Assembly (NCBI GenBank): GCA_963718775.1
Contig: OY970377.1
Span: forward strand, 418,578-482,577
Origin: an uncultured Solirubrobacterales bacterium
GTDB taxonomy: Bacteria > Actinomycetota > Thermoleophilia > Solirubrobacterales > 70-9
Length of the DNA stretch: 64,000 bases
Direction of reading: 5' to 3'
The notes beneath the pieces were generated by a model. That model did no database searches, had not been told where the DNA came from, and was given only the letters and a program-made list of their open reading frames with translations. The translations under genes and the position numbers were made by a program. Positions 53,325-63,436 of the stretch are shown one piece after another. The first letter of the stretch is position 1. Every line of letters starts with the position of its first letter.

Positions 53325-53936
53325 TCAGCGTCGGCATCGTCCTGCTCGTCCAGCGGCGGGCTGTAGCTGCTCGCCCTCGCGCAGGGCCCGCAGGGCGCCC
53401 TTGCGCTGCGCGCGCGGCGCGCGGTCGAGGATCAGCACGCCGTCGAGATGGTCGAGCTCGTGCTGGAGCACTCGCGCCTCCAGGCCCGAGGCCTCGATCT
53501 GCACCGGCTCGCCGTCGACGTCCAGCCCGCTGAAGCGGGCATGCAGGGGGCGCTCGACGTCCATCGAGACCCGCGGCAGGCTGAGGCAGCCCTCCTCGGC
53601 GACGACGATCTCGTCGGAGAGCCACTCGACCTCCGGGTTGACCAGCGCCGTCGGCTCGCTGTCGGGGCCCGCCTGGAAGACGAGCAGGCGGCGCAGCACG
53701 CCGACCTGGGTCGCGGCCAGGCCGACGCCCATGGCGCCGCGCATGATCCCGATCATGCGCTCTACCTCGGCGCGCAGCTCGGGGCCGAACTCGCCGACCG
53801 GCGAGGCCTTGCTCTTCAGCACCGGATCGCCGAACTTGACCACCTGCGCAAGCGCCGCTTCGCGGCGCTCCAGCAGCTCGGCTTCGAGCCCGCTCTCGTC
53901 GCGCTCGTCGGTTTCAGTTTCGGCGTGCTCGCTCAC
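53325..53936 (-). CDS. def: Peptide deformylase; extreme C-terminus possibly frame-shifted
   Basis: GVGLAATQVG...EEGCLSLP...QHELDHLDG metal-binding motifs. Has an acidic N-terminal extension. Confidence 0.9.
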   Translation of the reverse strand: MSEHAETETDERDESGLEAELLERREAALAQVVKFGDPVLKSKASPVGEFGPELRAEVERMIGIMRGAMGVGLAATQVGVLRRLLVFQAGPDSEPTALVNPEVEWLSDEIVVAEEGCLSLPRVSMDVERPLHARFSGLDVDGEPVQIEASGLEARVLQHELDHLDGVLILDRAPRAQRKGALRALREGEQLQPAAGRAGRCRR

Positions 53937-53968
53937 AGATCAATTCTATGGACCGCCCCCTCCGGGGC

Positions 53969-54013
53969 TGAGTTCGCCTTTACTCGCGCTATACGCGAAG
54001 AAACGGGAACTCA
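53969..54013 (+). repeat. Short hairpin repeat family E, copy E2
   Basis: CTGAGTTCGCCTTTACTCGCGCTATACGCGAAGAAACGGGAACTCA. Lies between the def start and the priA stop. Confidence 0.55.
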
Positions 54014-54024
54014 CGGTCGCAGTC

Positions 54025-56214
54025 TTACTGGGGGTCAACGTCGACGGAGATCGCGACGTCGCGCAGGGAGCGGTCGGTGGCGAGGCGATCGACCGTCTCG
54101 CGCACGACGCCGACCGTCGCGTCGCGCTCGCCGGTCTTGAGCAGCAGGCGGCGGCGGTGGCGGTTGCGGACGCGGAACATCGGCGCCGGGCCGAGCAGGT
54201 CGGTGTCGTCGGGAAGGACCGGCATGAGGGCCTGGGCGAGGTCGAGCGGAGACCCGGTCGAGGCGAACCTCGGACTCGGCCTTGAGGACGATCCTGATCA
54301 GGTGCGAGAAGGGCGGGTAGCGCAGCGCCTGGCGGCGCTCGATCTCCTCGCCGAGGAAGGCGGCCGCGTCGTGACGACCGGCGTGGACGATGCTGGGCGC
54401 GGTCGGCGCCAGGGTCTGGACGATCACCTCGCCGCCGGCGGCGCCGCGACCGCTGCGACCGGCGAGCTGGGCGACCATCGCGAAGGTCCGCTCGGCGGCG
54501 CGGAAGTCGGGGAAGCGCAGGGTGGCGTCGGCGTCGAGGATCGCGCTCAGCGTCACCTCGGGGAAGTCGTGCCCCTTGGCGACCATCTGGGTGCCGACGA
54601 GGACGGCGCTCTCGGCCTCGCCGAAGGCGGCGAGGATGCGGGCATGGGCGCCACGGCCGCTGGCCGTGTCGGCGTCGAGGCGGAAGACCGGCATCGGCGC
54701 CAGCCGCTCGGCCAGCAGCGCCTCGACCTGCTCGGTGCCGACGCCGGCGCGCGAGAGCGTGGTCGAGTCGCAATCGCCGCAGGCGCGCGGCAGCGGCTCG
54801 GAATGGGCGCAGTGATGGCAGACGAGGCGGCCGCTGTGGCGGTGGACGATCAGCGAGACGTCGCAGTTGGGACAGTCCCAGTGACGCCCGCAGGACCGGC
54901 AGGTGAGCCAGGGCGCGAAGCCGCGCCGGTTGACCATCACGATCGCCTTCGCCCCGGCCTCGCGGACGCGGCCGAGCGCCTCCCAGGTGGCGGGATGCAG
55001 CGGGCCGGAGCGGGGATCGGCCTCGCTCATGTCGAGCACCCGCACCGGCGGCATCGGGCGGCCGTCGACGCGGTGGGGCAGCTCCAGCGGGGCAGCTCCA
55101 GCCACGACTCGGGCCGCGGCGTCGCCGTGCCGGCGACGAGCACGGCGCCGCACTCGGCGGCACGGCGCCGGGCCACCGTGCGGGCGTCGTAACAGGGGTC
55201 GCCCTCCTGCTTGTAGGAGGCGTCGTGCTCCTCGTCGATCACGATCAGGCCGAGGTCCTGCAGCGGCGCGAAGACAGCCGAGCGGGGGCCGACGCAGACG
55301 CTCGCTTCGCCGCCGCGCAGGCGGCGCCATTCGTCGTAGCGCTCGCCGTCGGAGAGGGCCGAGTGCAGGACGGCGAAACGGTCGCCGAGCCGCGCGCGGA
55401 AACGCGCCACCGCCTGCGGCGCCAGGCCGATCTCCGGGACGAGGACGATCGCGCCCTTGCCTCGCGCCAGCGCCGCCTCGACCGCGGCCAGGTAGACCTC
55501 GGTCTTGCCCGAGCCGGTGACGCCGTGGAGGAGCAGCTCGCGAGGGGCGCCTGCTTCGCCATCGAGCGCCGCAACGATCCCCTCGACCGCCGCGGTCTGC
55601 TCGGGGAGCAGCTCGGGGCGCCCGCCGCGGGCGCCGACCTCGGGGTGGCTGGAACGCCGCCGCACCCGCGAGCTGCGGGTGGCGATCAGGCCGCGCTCCT
55701 CGAGGCGGCGCAGCACGGCGCGATCGGCGCCAACCGCCGCGGCCAGCTCGCCGGCCGACATCTCCCCCGCCCGCAACGCCTCCAGCACGGCGCGCTGCTT
55801 GACCCCGAGGCGCTCTCCGCCCCTCAGCGCCTCCTCGCCGGCGGCGGCGATCTCGGCGCGCAGCTCGAGGCGTGAGCGCACCCGCTGTCCTGCGGCGCCG
55901 GTTCCCGGTGGCAGCACCAGCTGCAGGCCGCGCGAGGGCGTCGAGCAGTACTCGCGGGCGATCCAGAGGCCGAGCCGGACCAGCTCCGCCGGCGTCCCCG
56001 CCTCGAGCGCCTCGAGCGGCTCGGCCAGCCGCTCCGGCGGCAGCTCGGAGGCCTCGGCAAGCTCGACGACGACGCCGAGCACGCGCTGACGGCCGAAGGG
56101 AATGCGGACGACGCTGCCCACCTCGAGATCGGCCATCGCCTCAGGCAAGCGGTAGTCGAAGGGCCCGCGCAGGGCACGGGCGGTGGTGAGCGGCTCAACC
56201 TTCGCTATCGACAC
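54025..56214 (-). CDS. priA: Primosomal protein N' (PriA helicase); at least 3 frame changes
   Basis: 55027..56274 (N-terminus and GVTGSGKTEVYL Walker A), 54035..55330 (Cys-rich zinc region CRSCGRHWDCPNCDVSL..HCAH...CGDC, helicase C) and 54025..54225 (C-terminus). Confidence 0.85.
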
Positions 56215-56263
56215 TGGGTCACGGTATGGAGGAGTGCGGACGGCGTGGGTATGCTGAGCGGCG

Positions 56264-56773
56264 ATGGCGCTCAATCTCAGTCCGGGAGAGCAGGTGATCT
56301 TCCAGGGCCATCCTTCCTGGCGGGCGATCCTCGGCTTCTACCTGAAGGGCATCCTCGTCGCGGCGATCGTCGGCGTACTCGCCAGGCTCTTCGACGTGAG
56401 CAGCGCCACGGTCTTCCTGATCGTCCTCGTGATCGTCGGCCTTACCGTCCTGATCGGCTTCGTCAAGCGGATCGCGACGACCTACACGATCACCGACCGC
56501 CGCCTCAACATCCGCCGCGGCATCATCTCTCGCGAGGTTCAGGAGACCCGCCTCGAGCGGGTCCAGAACGTCAACTACCAGCAGTCGGTCTACCAGCGCC
56601 TGATGCAGATCGGCGACGTCGATTTCGACACGGCAGCGGGCGACGACTACAACTTCGTCTTCGCCGGGGTGGCTGACCCCCAAGACGTCGTACACAGGGT
56701 CGACCAGGCGACGGGAACGGGTACTGCCGGGACACACGGACTAGGCGAGCCTCAACCGCCAACTACTGGCTGA
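56264..56773 (+). CDS. Membrane protein with a bacterial PH (bPH_2 / YdbS-like) domain
   Basis: Intact 169 aa: two transmembrane segments followed by ..YTITDRRLNIRRGIISREVQETRLERVQNVNYQQSVYQRLMQIGDVDF... Confidence 0.7.
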   Translation: MALNLSPGEQVIFQGHPSWRAILGFYLKGILVAAIVGVLARLFDVSSATVFLIVLVIVGLTVLIGFVKRIATTYTITDRRLNIRRGIISREVQETRLERVQNVNYQQSVYQRLMQIGDVDFDTAAGDDYNFVFAGVADPQDVVHRVDQATGTGTAGTHGLGEPQPPTTG

Positions 56774-56785
56774 CTTTTGCGGGAG

Positions 56786-56900
56786 GGCGGGATCCGGGTG
56801 GGGGTTTCGCTTAACTTTTTCGAGGATCGTCGATTGCTGACGCCTCGGGCGAGCTGCCGCGAAAAAGTACAAGACGCTTCACCCCCACCCGGATCCCGCC
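56786..56900 (-). repeat. Hairpin repeat family A, copy A7
   Basis: Perfect 19-bp outer stem GGCGGGATCCGGGTGGGGG / CCCCCACCCGGATCCCGCC around the conserved core, in reverse orientation. Confidence 0.9.
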
Positions 56901-57141
56901 AGCGGCGCCCGGACGTCAGTCAGTAGCAAGCGCCTCCAGCAGTCCCAGGCGAAGCCAGTCGCCACCAGCTCACAAACTGCAGCGGCCGGGAGCCGTGGTT
57001 GGGAGCTGGATTGAGCCCCCTCGCCTTTCCTCCTGAGCTTCTTCACCTCGAACGCTGCGGAACTGCGGTGGGTGACTAGACCTTGCAGATGCTCGCGATC
57101 TGACGCTTAAAGCTGAAGCGCTCTACCGAAACGGCTCCGTT

Positions 57142-57258
57142 GGCGGGGACGGGGTAGGGGTGAAACGTCTTGTACTTTTTGGCGGAAGCTCAATCGAGGC
57201 GCCAGCTATCCGGCGATCCTCCAAAAAGTTAAGTGGAACCCCTGCCCCCGTCCCCGCC
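57142..57258 (+). repeat. Hairpin repeat family A, copy A8
   Basis: GGCGGGGACGGGGTAGGGG-TGAAACGTCTTGTACTTTTTGG-apex-CCAAAAAGTTAAGTGGAA-CCCCTGCCCCCGTCCCCGCC. The inner stem carries a compensated CG-to-GG/CC change. The 3' arm touches the metK stop codon. Confidence 0.9.
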
Positions 57259-58508
57259 TAAGCAGCGGCCACAGCAGAACCAGCAGCCGCCTTCAAAGCC
57301 TCAGCCCGATCTGTCTTCTCCCAGGTGAAGGCATCGCCCTCCCTGCCGAAGTGCCCGTACGCCGAGGTCTGGCGGAAGACCGGCCGGTGCAGATCGAGGT
57401 AGCCACGGAAAGCTCCCGGGCGTAGGTCGAACTCGCTTTCGACTATGCGGGAGATCTGCGAATCCGGAAGCTTGCCGGTGCCGAAGGTCTCGACCATCAG
57501 AGAGATCGGCCGGGCGACGCCGATCGCGTAGGCGACCTGGACCTCGCAGCGCTGCGCGAGGCCGGCGGCGACGACGTTCTTGGCGACGTAGCGCGAGGCG
57601 TAGGCGGCCGAACGGTCGACCTTGGAGGGATCCTTGCCGGAGAAGGCGCCGCCGCCGTGGCGGGCCATGCCACCGTAGGTGTCGACGATGATCTTGCGGC
57701 CGGTGAGGCCGGCGTCGCCGACCGGGCCGCCGATCACGAACTTGCCGGTCGGGTTGACGAGGAAGTGCTGGCGCAGCTCGTCGGCGTCGTAGAGGCCGGC
57801 GGCCTCGGCGCCGAGCACCGGCAAGACGACGTGCTCCCAGAGGTCGGGCTTGATCTTCGACTCCGACTCGACGCCCTCGGCGTGCTGGGTCGAGATCAAG
57901 AGCTTCTCCACTTTGACGGGACGGCCATCGGCGTAGCGGACGGTGACCTGGGTCTTGCCGTCGGGACCGAGATAGTCGAGCGTGCCGTCCTTGCGCACCG
58001 CCGCCAGCCGTTCGGCGAGCCGGTGGGCGAGGTGGATCGGCATCGGCATCAGCGCCTCGGTCTCGTCGGTCGCGTAGCCGAACATCATTCCCTGATCGCC
58101 GGCGCCGGCGATCAGCAGCTCGTCTTCGACCGAGCCCTCGGTGCGGTTCTCGTAGGCGAGGTCGACGCCCTGGGCGATGTCGGGCGACTGCTTGTCGAGC
58201 GAAACCAAGACCGAGATGTGATCGCAGTTGTAGCCGTAGTCGCCGTGGTCGTAGCCGATATCGCGAATCGTCTCGCGGACCAGCTCGGGGACGTCGAGAT
58301 GGACCGTGGTCGAGATCTCGCCGGAGACCACCGCCATGCCGGTGTTGACAAGGGTCTCGCAGGCGACCCGACCCTCCGGATCGCCGGCCATCACCGCGTC
58401 GAGCACGGTGTCGGAGATCGCGTCGGCGACCTTGTCGGGGTGGCCCTCGGTGACGGACTCGGAAGTGAAGAGGTACTCGCCCTCGGCGAGCGGCTGGATC
58501 TCGGTCAT
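57258..58508 (-). CDS. metK: S-adenosylmethionine synthetase
   Basis: Intact 416 aa with [16 protein letters not shown]...[12 protein letters not shown]...[19 protein letters not shown]. Confidence 0.95.
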   Translation of the reverse strand: MTEIQPLAEGEYLFTSESVTEGHPDKVADAISDTVLDAVMAGDPEGRVACETLVNTGMAVVSGEISTTVHLDVPELVRETIRDIGYDHGDYGYNCDHISVLVSLDKQSPDIAQGVDLAYENRTEGSVEDELLIAGAGDQGMMFGYATDETEALMPMPIHLAHRLAERLAAVRKDGTLDYLGPDGKTQVTVRYADGRPVKVEKLLISTQHAEGVESESKIKPDLWEHVVLPVLGAEAAGLYDADELRQHFLVNPTGKFVIGGPVGDAGLTGRKIIVDTYGGMARHGGGAFSGKDPSKVDRSAAYASRYVAKNVVAAGLAQRCEVQVAYAIGVARPISLMVETFGTGKLPDSQISRIVESEFDLRPGAFRGYLDLHRPVFRQTSAYGHFGREGDAFTWEKTDRAEALKAAAGSAVAAA

Positions 58509-58559
58509 AGGTCGAAGCCTAGCGTTGGCCGCTGGAAAAAGTACTGACCAAGCAGGTCA

Positions 58560-60095
58560 AGACCGTATGGAGAGCTGACCGACTCCAGCGGTAGGTAGGT
58601 CGGCACCCCGCGCATGAAAGTGCGGGGACTGGGCCGCAGGGCGGACCTGCGGCCGACACCCCAATCATGGGAGGTGCCGACATGGCTCAGCCTAAAAGCG
58701 TGGTCGGCCTCGACGTCCACGCCACCCAAACCCACGCCTGCGTTCTTTGCCCCGAGACAGGCGAGCTTCGCTCCAAACGCTTGAACGGCCCGCCCCGGCG
58801 GGCCCTGGACTTTCTCGAAGGGCTCCACGCTCCCGTCCTCGCCGTCTATGAGGCAGGGCCGACGGGCTATGGCCTCGCTCGTGGCGCCGTCGAGCGCGAC
58901 CTCGACGTGCGCATCTGCGCGCCGGGGTCGATCCCAAAAGCGCCGAGCGATCGGGTGAAGACCGACCGCCGCGATGCCGAGCGCCTGGCGCGCCTGTGCC
59001 TCGCCGGCGAACTGTCCTTCGTGCGCGTGCCGAGCCCCGAGGAGGAGCGCTTTCGCGACCTCGCCCGTTGTCGAGAGGCAATCCGCGCCGATTTGATGCG
59101 CGCTCGCCACCGGGTGGGCAAGTTCCTGCTGCGCCGCGAGTTGCGCTGGGGAGGCCCGGGCTCGGCCTGGACGCAGGCCCACTGGCGCTGGCTGGCGGGG
59201 ATCGAGTTCTCCGACGGCGCCTCCAGTGCCGTGCTCGCCGACTACCTGAGTGCCGTGAGGGCGCTTGAGCAGCGTCGTGGCGTGGCCGAGCGGGCGATCG
59301 AGGAGGGCTGGCCCGAGTCTCCCTGGGCCGAGACGATCGCGCGGTTGCGCTGCCTGCGGGGCATCGACACGCTGACGGCGCTCGGGCTTTGCGGGGAGGC
59401 TGGAGACCTGCGGCGCTTTGAGCGCCCGGCGTCGCTGATGGCCTACTTCGGCATCGTGCCCTCCGAGCACTCCTCAGGGGGGCAGCGGCGGCGCGGCCCG
59501 ATCACCAAGGCGGGCTCCGCGCATGCCCGCCGGTTGCTGGTCGAGGCCGCCCACCACTACCGCCACGCGCCCAGGGTGGCGGGGTCGCTGGAGCGTCGCC
59601 AGCGCGGCGTCGACCCACGAGCGTGTGAGATCGGCTGGCGCGCTCAGGTCCGCCTGCATCGTCGCTGGCAACGGTTGCGGGTGGAGCGGGGCAAGCCCGC
59701 CAACGTGGTCAGGATCGCCCTGGCACGCGAGCTCGGCTGCTTTGTGTGGGAGGTGGGGCAGCTGGACTGAGCGAGCGGGGAAACCAACGCGCCCTCGACG
59801 ACGCTGTCGGGGCGGCACGAGATCAACGAAGGCCAGCACGTCGCCGCAGGGCGGCCTGCGCTGCGTCCTGGGGCAACCGGCGGGGATTCCCGCCGGCCGC
59901 GCCCGCTTCAAGACTGCAGGCCACGCGACGAATCGGCGGTCATGGGGTAGCCAGTCCCCGCATATGAGGCTGACGATGCAGTCGACGCGTCTGGAATTTG
60001 CTCGTGTCGCCCCGAGAGCGCCGCGACACCGTGGTCGCGGTCCCTCAGGGACCCGTTCGATCCTGCCCGCTTGACGAGGGGCTCTCCATATGAGG
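58560..60095 (+). mobile_element. IS110-family insertion sequence; ends approximate
   Basis: One DEDD-type transposase gene. A 10-bp subterminal inverted repeat TATGGAGAGC (58566..58575) / GCTCTCCATA (60081..60090) brackets it. Non-coding stretches are ~115 nt on the 5' side and ~320 nt on the 3' side. Confidence 0.65.
58682..59770 (+). CDS. IS110-family transposase/recombinase
   Basis: MAQPKSVVGLDVHATQTH... (DEDD N-terminal domain) and ...LRGIDTLTALGLCGEAGDLRRFERPASLMAYFGIVPSEHSSGGQRRRGPITKAGSAHARRLLVEAA (Transposase_20-type C-terminal domain). The ATG at 58682 follows a GGGAGG Shine-Dalgarno sequence; the track starts at 58667. Confidence 0.9.
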   Translation: MAQPKSVVGLDVHATQTHACVLCPETGELRSKRLNGPPRRALDFLEGLHAPVLAVYEAGPTGYGLARGAVERDLDVRICAPGSIPKAPSDRVKTDRRDAERLARLCLAGELSFVRVPSPEEERFRDLARCREAIRADLMRARHRVGKFLLRRELRWGGPGSAWTQAHWRWLAGIEFSDGASSAVLADYLSAVRALEQRRGVAERAIEEGWPESPWAETIARLRCLRGIDTLTALGLCGEAGDLRRFERPASLMAYFGIVPSEHSSGGQRRRGPITKAGSAHARRLLVEAAHHYRHAPRVAGSLERRQRGVDPRACEIGWRAQVRLHRRWQRLRVERGKPANVVRIALARELGCFVWEVGQLD

Positions 60096-60153
60096 ACGCA
60101 GGGAGCGAAGCGTGCTCTGCACGCGAGCGACCGAGGACGCCGATATGCGCCGG

Positions 60154-61473
60154 TCAGCGCCCTTCGCGTGTTCCCGAATGGGGGACGTAGTCGATAACCA
60201 GAGGCACGCCCTCGAGGCTGTAGGTCTCGCGCAGACGGTTCTCGAGGTGGTAAGCCCAGTCGCGGATGATCAGCTTGCGGTCGTTGACCTGGATCGCGAT
60301 GCGCGGCGGTCGCTCTCCCACTTGTGCCGCGTAGTAGAGGCGCAGGCGGCGGCCGCGGCGTGACGGCGGCGGGGTCTTGGCGACGACGTCGGCGACGAAG
60401 CGGTTCAGCTCCGGCGTCGGGATCCGCTCGGCCGCGCGGTCGGCAAGCTCGAGCGCCTTGGGCAGCAGGTTGGCGACGTTGCGCCCGCGTGTCGCCGAGC
60501 AGGTGACGACGGCGGGGCGCAGGCGTGACTTGCGCTCGACCCGGGCGCGGGCGTCGTCGATGTCGGTGCGGGTGATGTCCCACTTGTTGAGCGCCAGCAG
60601 GGTCGCGCAGCCGGCCCGCATCGCGATCTCCCCCACGCGCAGGTCCTCGGCGGTGATCCCGTCGGAGGCGTCGCAGACGACCAGCGCCACGTCGGCTCGC
60701 TCGACCGCGTGTTCGGAGCGCAGCTGCGCGTAGTAGTCGACGGTGCCGGCGACCTTGGAGCGGCGGCGCAGGCCGGCGGTGTCGACCAGCACGACCTTGC
60801 GGCCGTCGACCTCCAGCTCGGTGTCGATCGCGTCACGAGTGGTGCCGGCCTTCGCCGAGACGATCACCCGCTCGGAGCCGAGGAAGGCGTTGACCAGCGA
60901 GGACTTGCCTGCGTTGGGGCGGCCGATGACCGCGACCCTGGTCGCCTCGCTCGGCTCGCCGGGCTGGGCGCGGTCGCCGAGCAGCTCGACGACGCGGTCG
61001 AGCAGATCGCCGCTGCCGAGACCGTGGCTGGCCGATACCGCCATGGGCTCGCCGAGGCCGAGCTTGTTCAGCTCGGCGGTCATGTGCTCGTCCTCGGGGC
61101 GGTCGAGTTTGTTGGCGACGACGACGACCGGCACCGGCGCGCCGCGCAGCGTCTTGGCCAGCTCGGCGTCGCCGGCCCGCACGCCGGCGCGGGCATCGAC
61201 GACCAGCATCACCACGTCGGCCTCGGCAATGCCGAGCCGCGCCTGGGCCTGCACGTCGCGGGCCAGCTCGGACTCGTCCTCGATGTCGATGCCGCCGGTG
61301 TCGAGCAGCTCGAAGGCCACGCCGTTCCACTCGCAGGGCACGACCTTGCGGTCGCGAGTGACGCCGGGCTGGGCGTCGGTTACCGCCTCGCGCCCGCCGG
61401 CGAGCCGGTTGACCAGCGTGCTCTTGCCGACGTTGGGGAAGCCGACGACGGCGACGGTTGGCAGGCTGCTCAC
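60154..61473 (-). CDS. der: Ribosome-associated GTPase Der (EngA)
   Basis: Intact 439 aa with two G domains ([20 protein letters not shown]) and a KH-like C-terminus. Confidence 0.95.
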   Translation of the reverse strand: MSSLPTVAVVGFPNVGKSTLVNRLAGGREAVTDAQPGVTRDRKVVPCEWNGVAFELLDTGGIDIEDESELARDVQAQARLGIAEADVVMLVVDARAGVRAGDAELAKTLRGAPVPVVVVANKLDRPEDEHMTAELNKLGLGEPMAVSASHGLGSGDLLDRVVELLGDRAQPGEPSEATRVAVIGRPNAGKSSLVNAFLGSERVIVSAKAGTTRDAIDTELEVDGRKVVLVDTAGLRRRSKVAGTVDYYAQLRSEHAVERADVALVVCDASDGITAEDLRVGEIAMRAGCATLLALNKWDITRTDIDDARARVERKSRLRPAVVTCSATRGRNVANLLPKALELADRAAERIPTPELNRFVADVVAKTPPPSRRGRRLRLYYAAQVGERPPRIAIQVNDRKLIIRDWAYHLENRLRETYSLEGVPLVIDYVPHSGTREGR

Positions 61474-62108
61474 GCGAGGCCCCGCTCTCGGGCCAGAGCC
61501 TCGACGCGATCGACGACCTCTTCGAGCGCCAGGCCGGTTGTGTCGAGCTCGACCGCGTCGGGCGCCGCCCGCAGGGCGCTGTGCTCGCGGTTCTCGTCGC
61601 GGGCGTCGCGCTCGCGCTGCGCGGCCAAAACCGCCGCCAGGCTCTCGCCGGTCTGAGCGGCGCGGCGGCGGGCGCGCTCGTCGGGTGATGCAGTGAGAAA
61701 GACCTTCAAGGGCGCCTCGGGGCTGACCACGGTGCCGATGTCACGGCCCTCGGCGACGTAGCGGCCGGCGGCGATCAGGCGACGCTGCTCAGCCACCATC
61801 GCCTCGCGGACCAGGCGGTGGACGGAGACGCGCGAGGAGGCGTCGGTCACCCGCGGCTCGCGGATCGCGGCGCTGACGTCGCGGCCGTCCAGCTCAACCC
61901 GCTCATCCTCGAAGCCGATCGCCAGCGCGCCCGCCAGCGCGCCCATCGCGATTCCGTCGTCGAGGTCGTCATCGCCCTCCAGCGCGGCCAGGGCCACGCA
62001 GCGGTACATCGCCCCGGAGTCGAGGTAGGTGAAGTCGAGCCGCTGCGCCAGGGCGCGGGCGACCGTCGACTTGCCGGCCCCGGCGGGACCGTCGATGGCG
62101 ATGACCAT
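61470..62108 (-). CDS. cmk: Cytidylate kinase
   Basis: [32 protein letters not shown]...[16 protein letters not shown]. The start is taken inside chimeric track ORF 61470..62492. Confidence 0.9.
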   Translation of the reverse strand: MVIAIDGPAGAGKSTVARALAQRLDFTYLDSGAMYRCVALAALEGDDDLDDGIAMGALAGALAIGFEDERVELDGRDVSAAIREPRVTDASSRVSVHRLVREAMVAEQRRLIAAGRYVAEGRDIGTVVSPEAPLKVFLTASPDERARRRAAQTGESLAAVLAAQRERDARDENREHSALRAAPDAVELDTTGLALEEVVDRVEALARERGLA

Positions 62109-62133
62109 GGCCGCAGCGTATGGGCGCTGCGAC

Positions 62134-63432
62134 TCAGGCGCTGCCAGACAAAGAGGCGAGGTCCGCCTCGAAGCCCGGATAGCTGACCGCGGCGGCGTCC
62201 ATGCCCTCGACTTCGACCCCCTCGCGGGAGGCGAGGCCGGCGACCGCCCCAAGCATCGCGATGCGGTGGTCGCCGTGGGACTCGATCGCGCCGCCGCGCA
62301 GCCCACCGCCTCCCTCGATCCGCATCCCGTCCTCGCTCGGCTCGGCTGCGGCGCCAAGCGCACGCAGCGCCTCGCAGGTCGTCGCGACCCGGTCGGACTC
62401 CTTGCGGCGCAGCTCGGCGGCGTCGCGGATGATCGTCTCGCCCTCGGCAAAGCAGGCGGCGAGGGCGACCAGAGGCAGCTCGTCGATCGCAAGCGGGATC
62501 TCGCCGCCGCCGACCTCGGCGCCGTTCAGCCCAGACGCCCGCGCCCGGATCGACCCGATCGGCTCGCCACCGCGCTCACCGACCACTTCGACCTCGATCT
62601 CAGCCCCCATCCGCTCGAGGATGCCGAGCAGGCCGGTCCGGGTCGGGTTGGTGCCGACGCCCTCCATGACCACCTCGCTACCCGGCACGAGCAGCGCCGC
62701 GACGAGGAAGAAGGCGGCCGAGGAAAAATCCGCCGGCACGGCGAGCTCACCCGGCTCAAGCTGCTTTGCCGGCCGTATCGCGATGCCACCGCGCAGCCAG
62801 GCCACGTCGGCGCCCGCCGCGGAGAGCATCCGCTCGGTGTGGTCGCGGCTGCGGGCCGGCTCCCCCACCCAGGTATCGCCCTCGGCGAGCAGGCCGGCGA
62901 AGAGCAGGCACGACTTGACCTGGGCGCTCGCCACGGGCAGCTCGTACTCGAGGCCCTTCAGTGCCGCCCCCTCGACCTCGAGCGGCGGCAGACGTTGGTC
63001 TCGGCAGCTCAGGCTGGCGCCCATCCGGCGCAGCGGCTCGGCGATCCGGTCGATCGGGCGGCGCCGGATCGAGGCATCGCCGTCGAGCGTCCAGCGTCCC
63101 TCCGATTGCCCGGCGAGCCAGCCGGGCAGTAGCCGCAGCAGCGTGCCGGCATTGCCGACGTCGATCCGCGCCGGCGCCGGGCCGCGCAGGCCGACGCCGC
63201 GGATGCGGATCGTCGGCTCGATGCCGTCAGCGCCGATTCCCTCGACCTCGGCGCCCAGTGCCTGCACCGCCGCCAGCGTCGAGCGGGTGTCGGCGGCGTC
63301 GAGGTAGTCCTCGATCTCCGTCTCCCCCTCGCCCATCGCCGCGATCAGAGCGGCGCGGTGAGAGATCGACTTGTCCGACGGCGGGCGCAGGCTGCCGCGC
63401 AGCGGCCCGGTTGGATCGAAGCGAGTCGCCAC
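62134..63432 (-). CDS. aroA: 3-phosphoshikimate 1-carboxyvinyltransferase (EPSP synthase)
   Basis: ...PPSDKSISHRAALIAA...GNAGTLLRLL...RRRPIDRI...ELRRKESDR...DHRIAM.... GTG start at 63432, inside track ORF 62134..63522. Confidence 0.9.
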   Translation of the reverse strand: MATRFDPTGPLRGSLRPPSDKSISHRAALIAAMGEGETEIEDYLDAADTRSTLAAVQALGAEVEGIGADGIEPTIRIRGVGLRGPAPARIDVGNAGTLLRLLPGWLAGQSEGRWTLDGDASIRRRPIDRIAEPLRRMGASLSCRDQRLPPLEVEGAALKGLEYELPVASAQVKSCLLFAGLLAEGDTWVGEPARSRDHTERMLSAAGADVAWLRGGIAIRPAKQLEPGELAVPADFSSAAFFLVAALLVPGSEVVMEGVGTNPTRTGLLGILERMGAEIEVEVVGERGGEPIGSIRARASGLNGAEVGGGEIPLAIDELPLVALAACFAEGETIIRDAAELRRKESDRVATTCEALRALGAAAEPSEDGMRIEGGGGLRGGAIESHGDHRIAMLGAVAGLASREGVEVEGMDAAAVSYPGFEADLASLSGSA

Positions 63433-63436
63433 GCCG

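Noticed and set aside
58509-58560. A SAM riboswitch or other leader upstream of metK.
   Set aside because: Only ~55 nt of native sequence remain between metK and the IS110 element. That is too short for any SAM riboswitch class I know, and no conserved core is visible.
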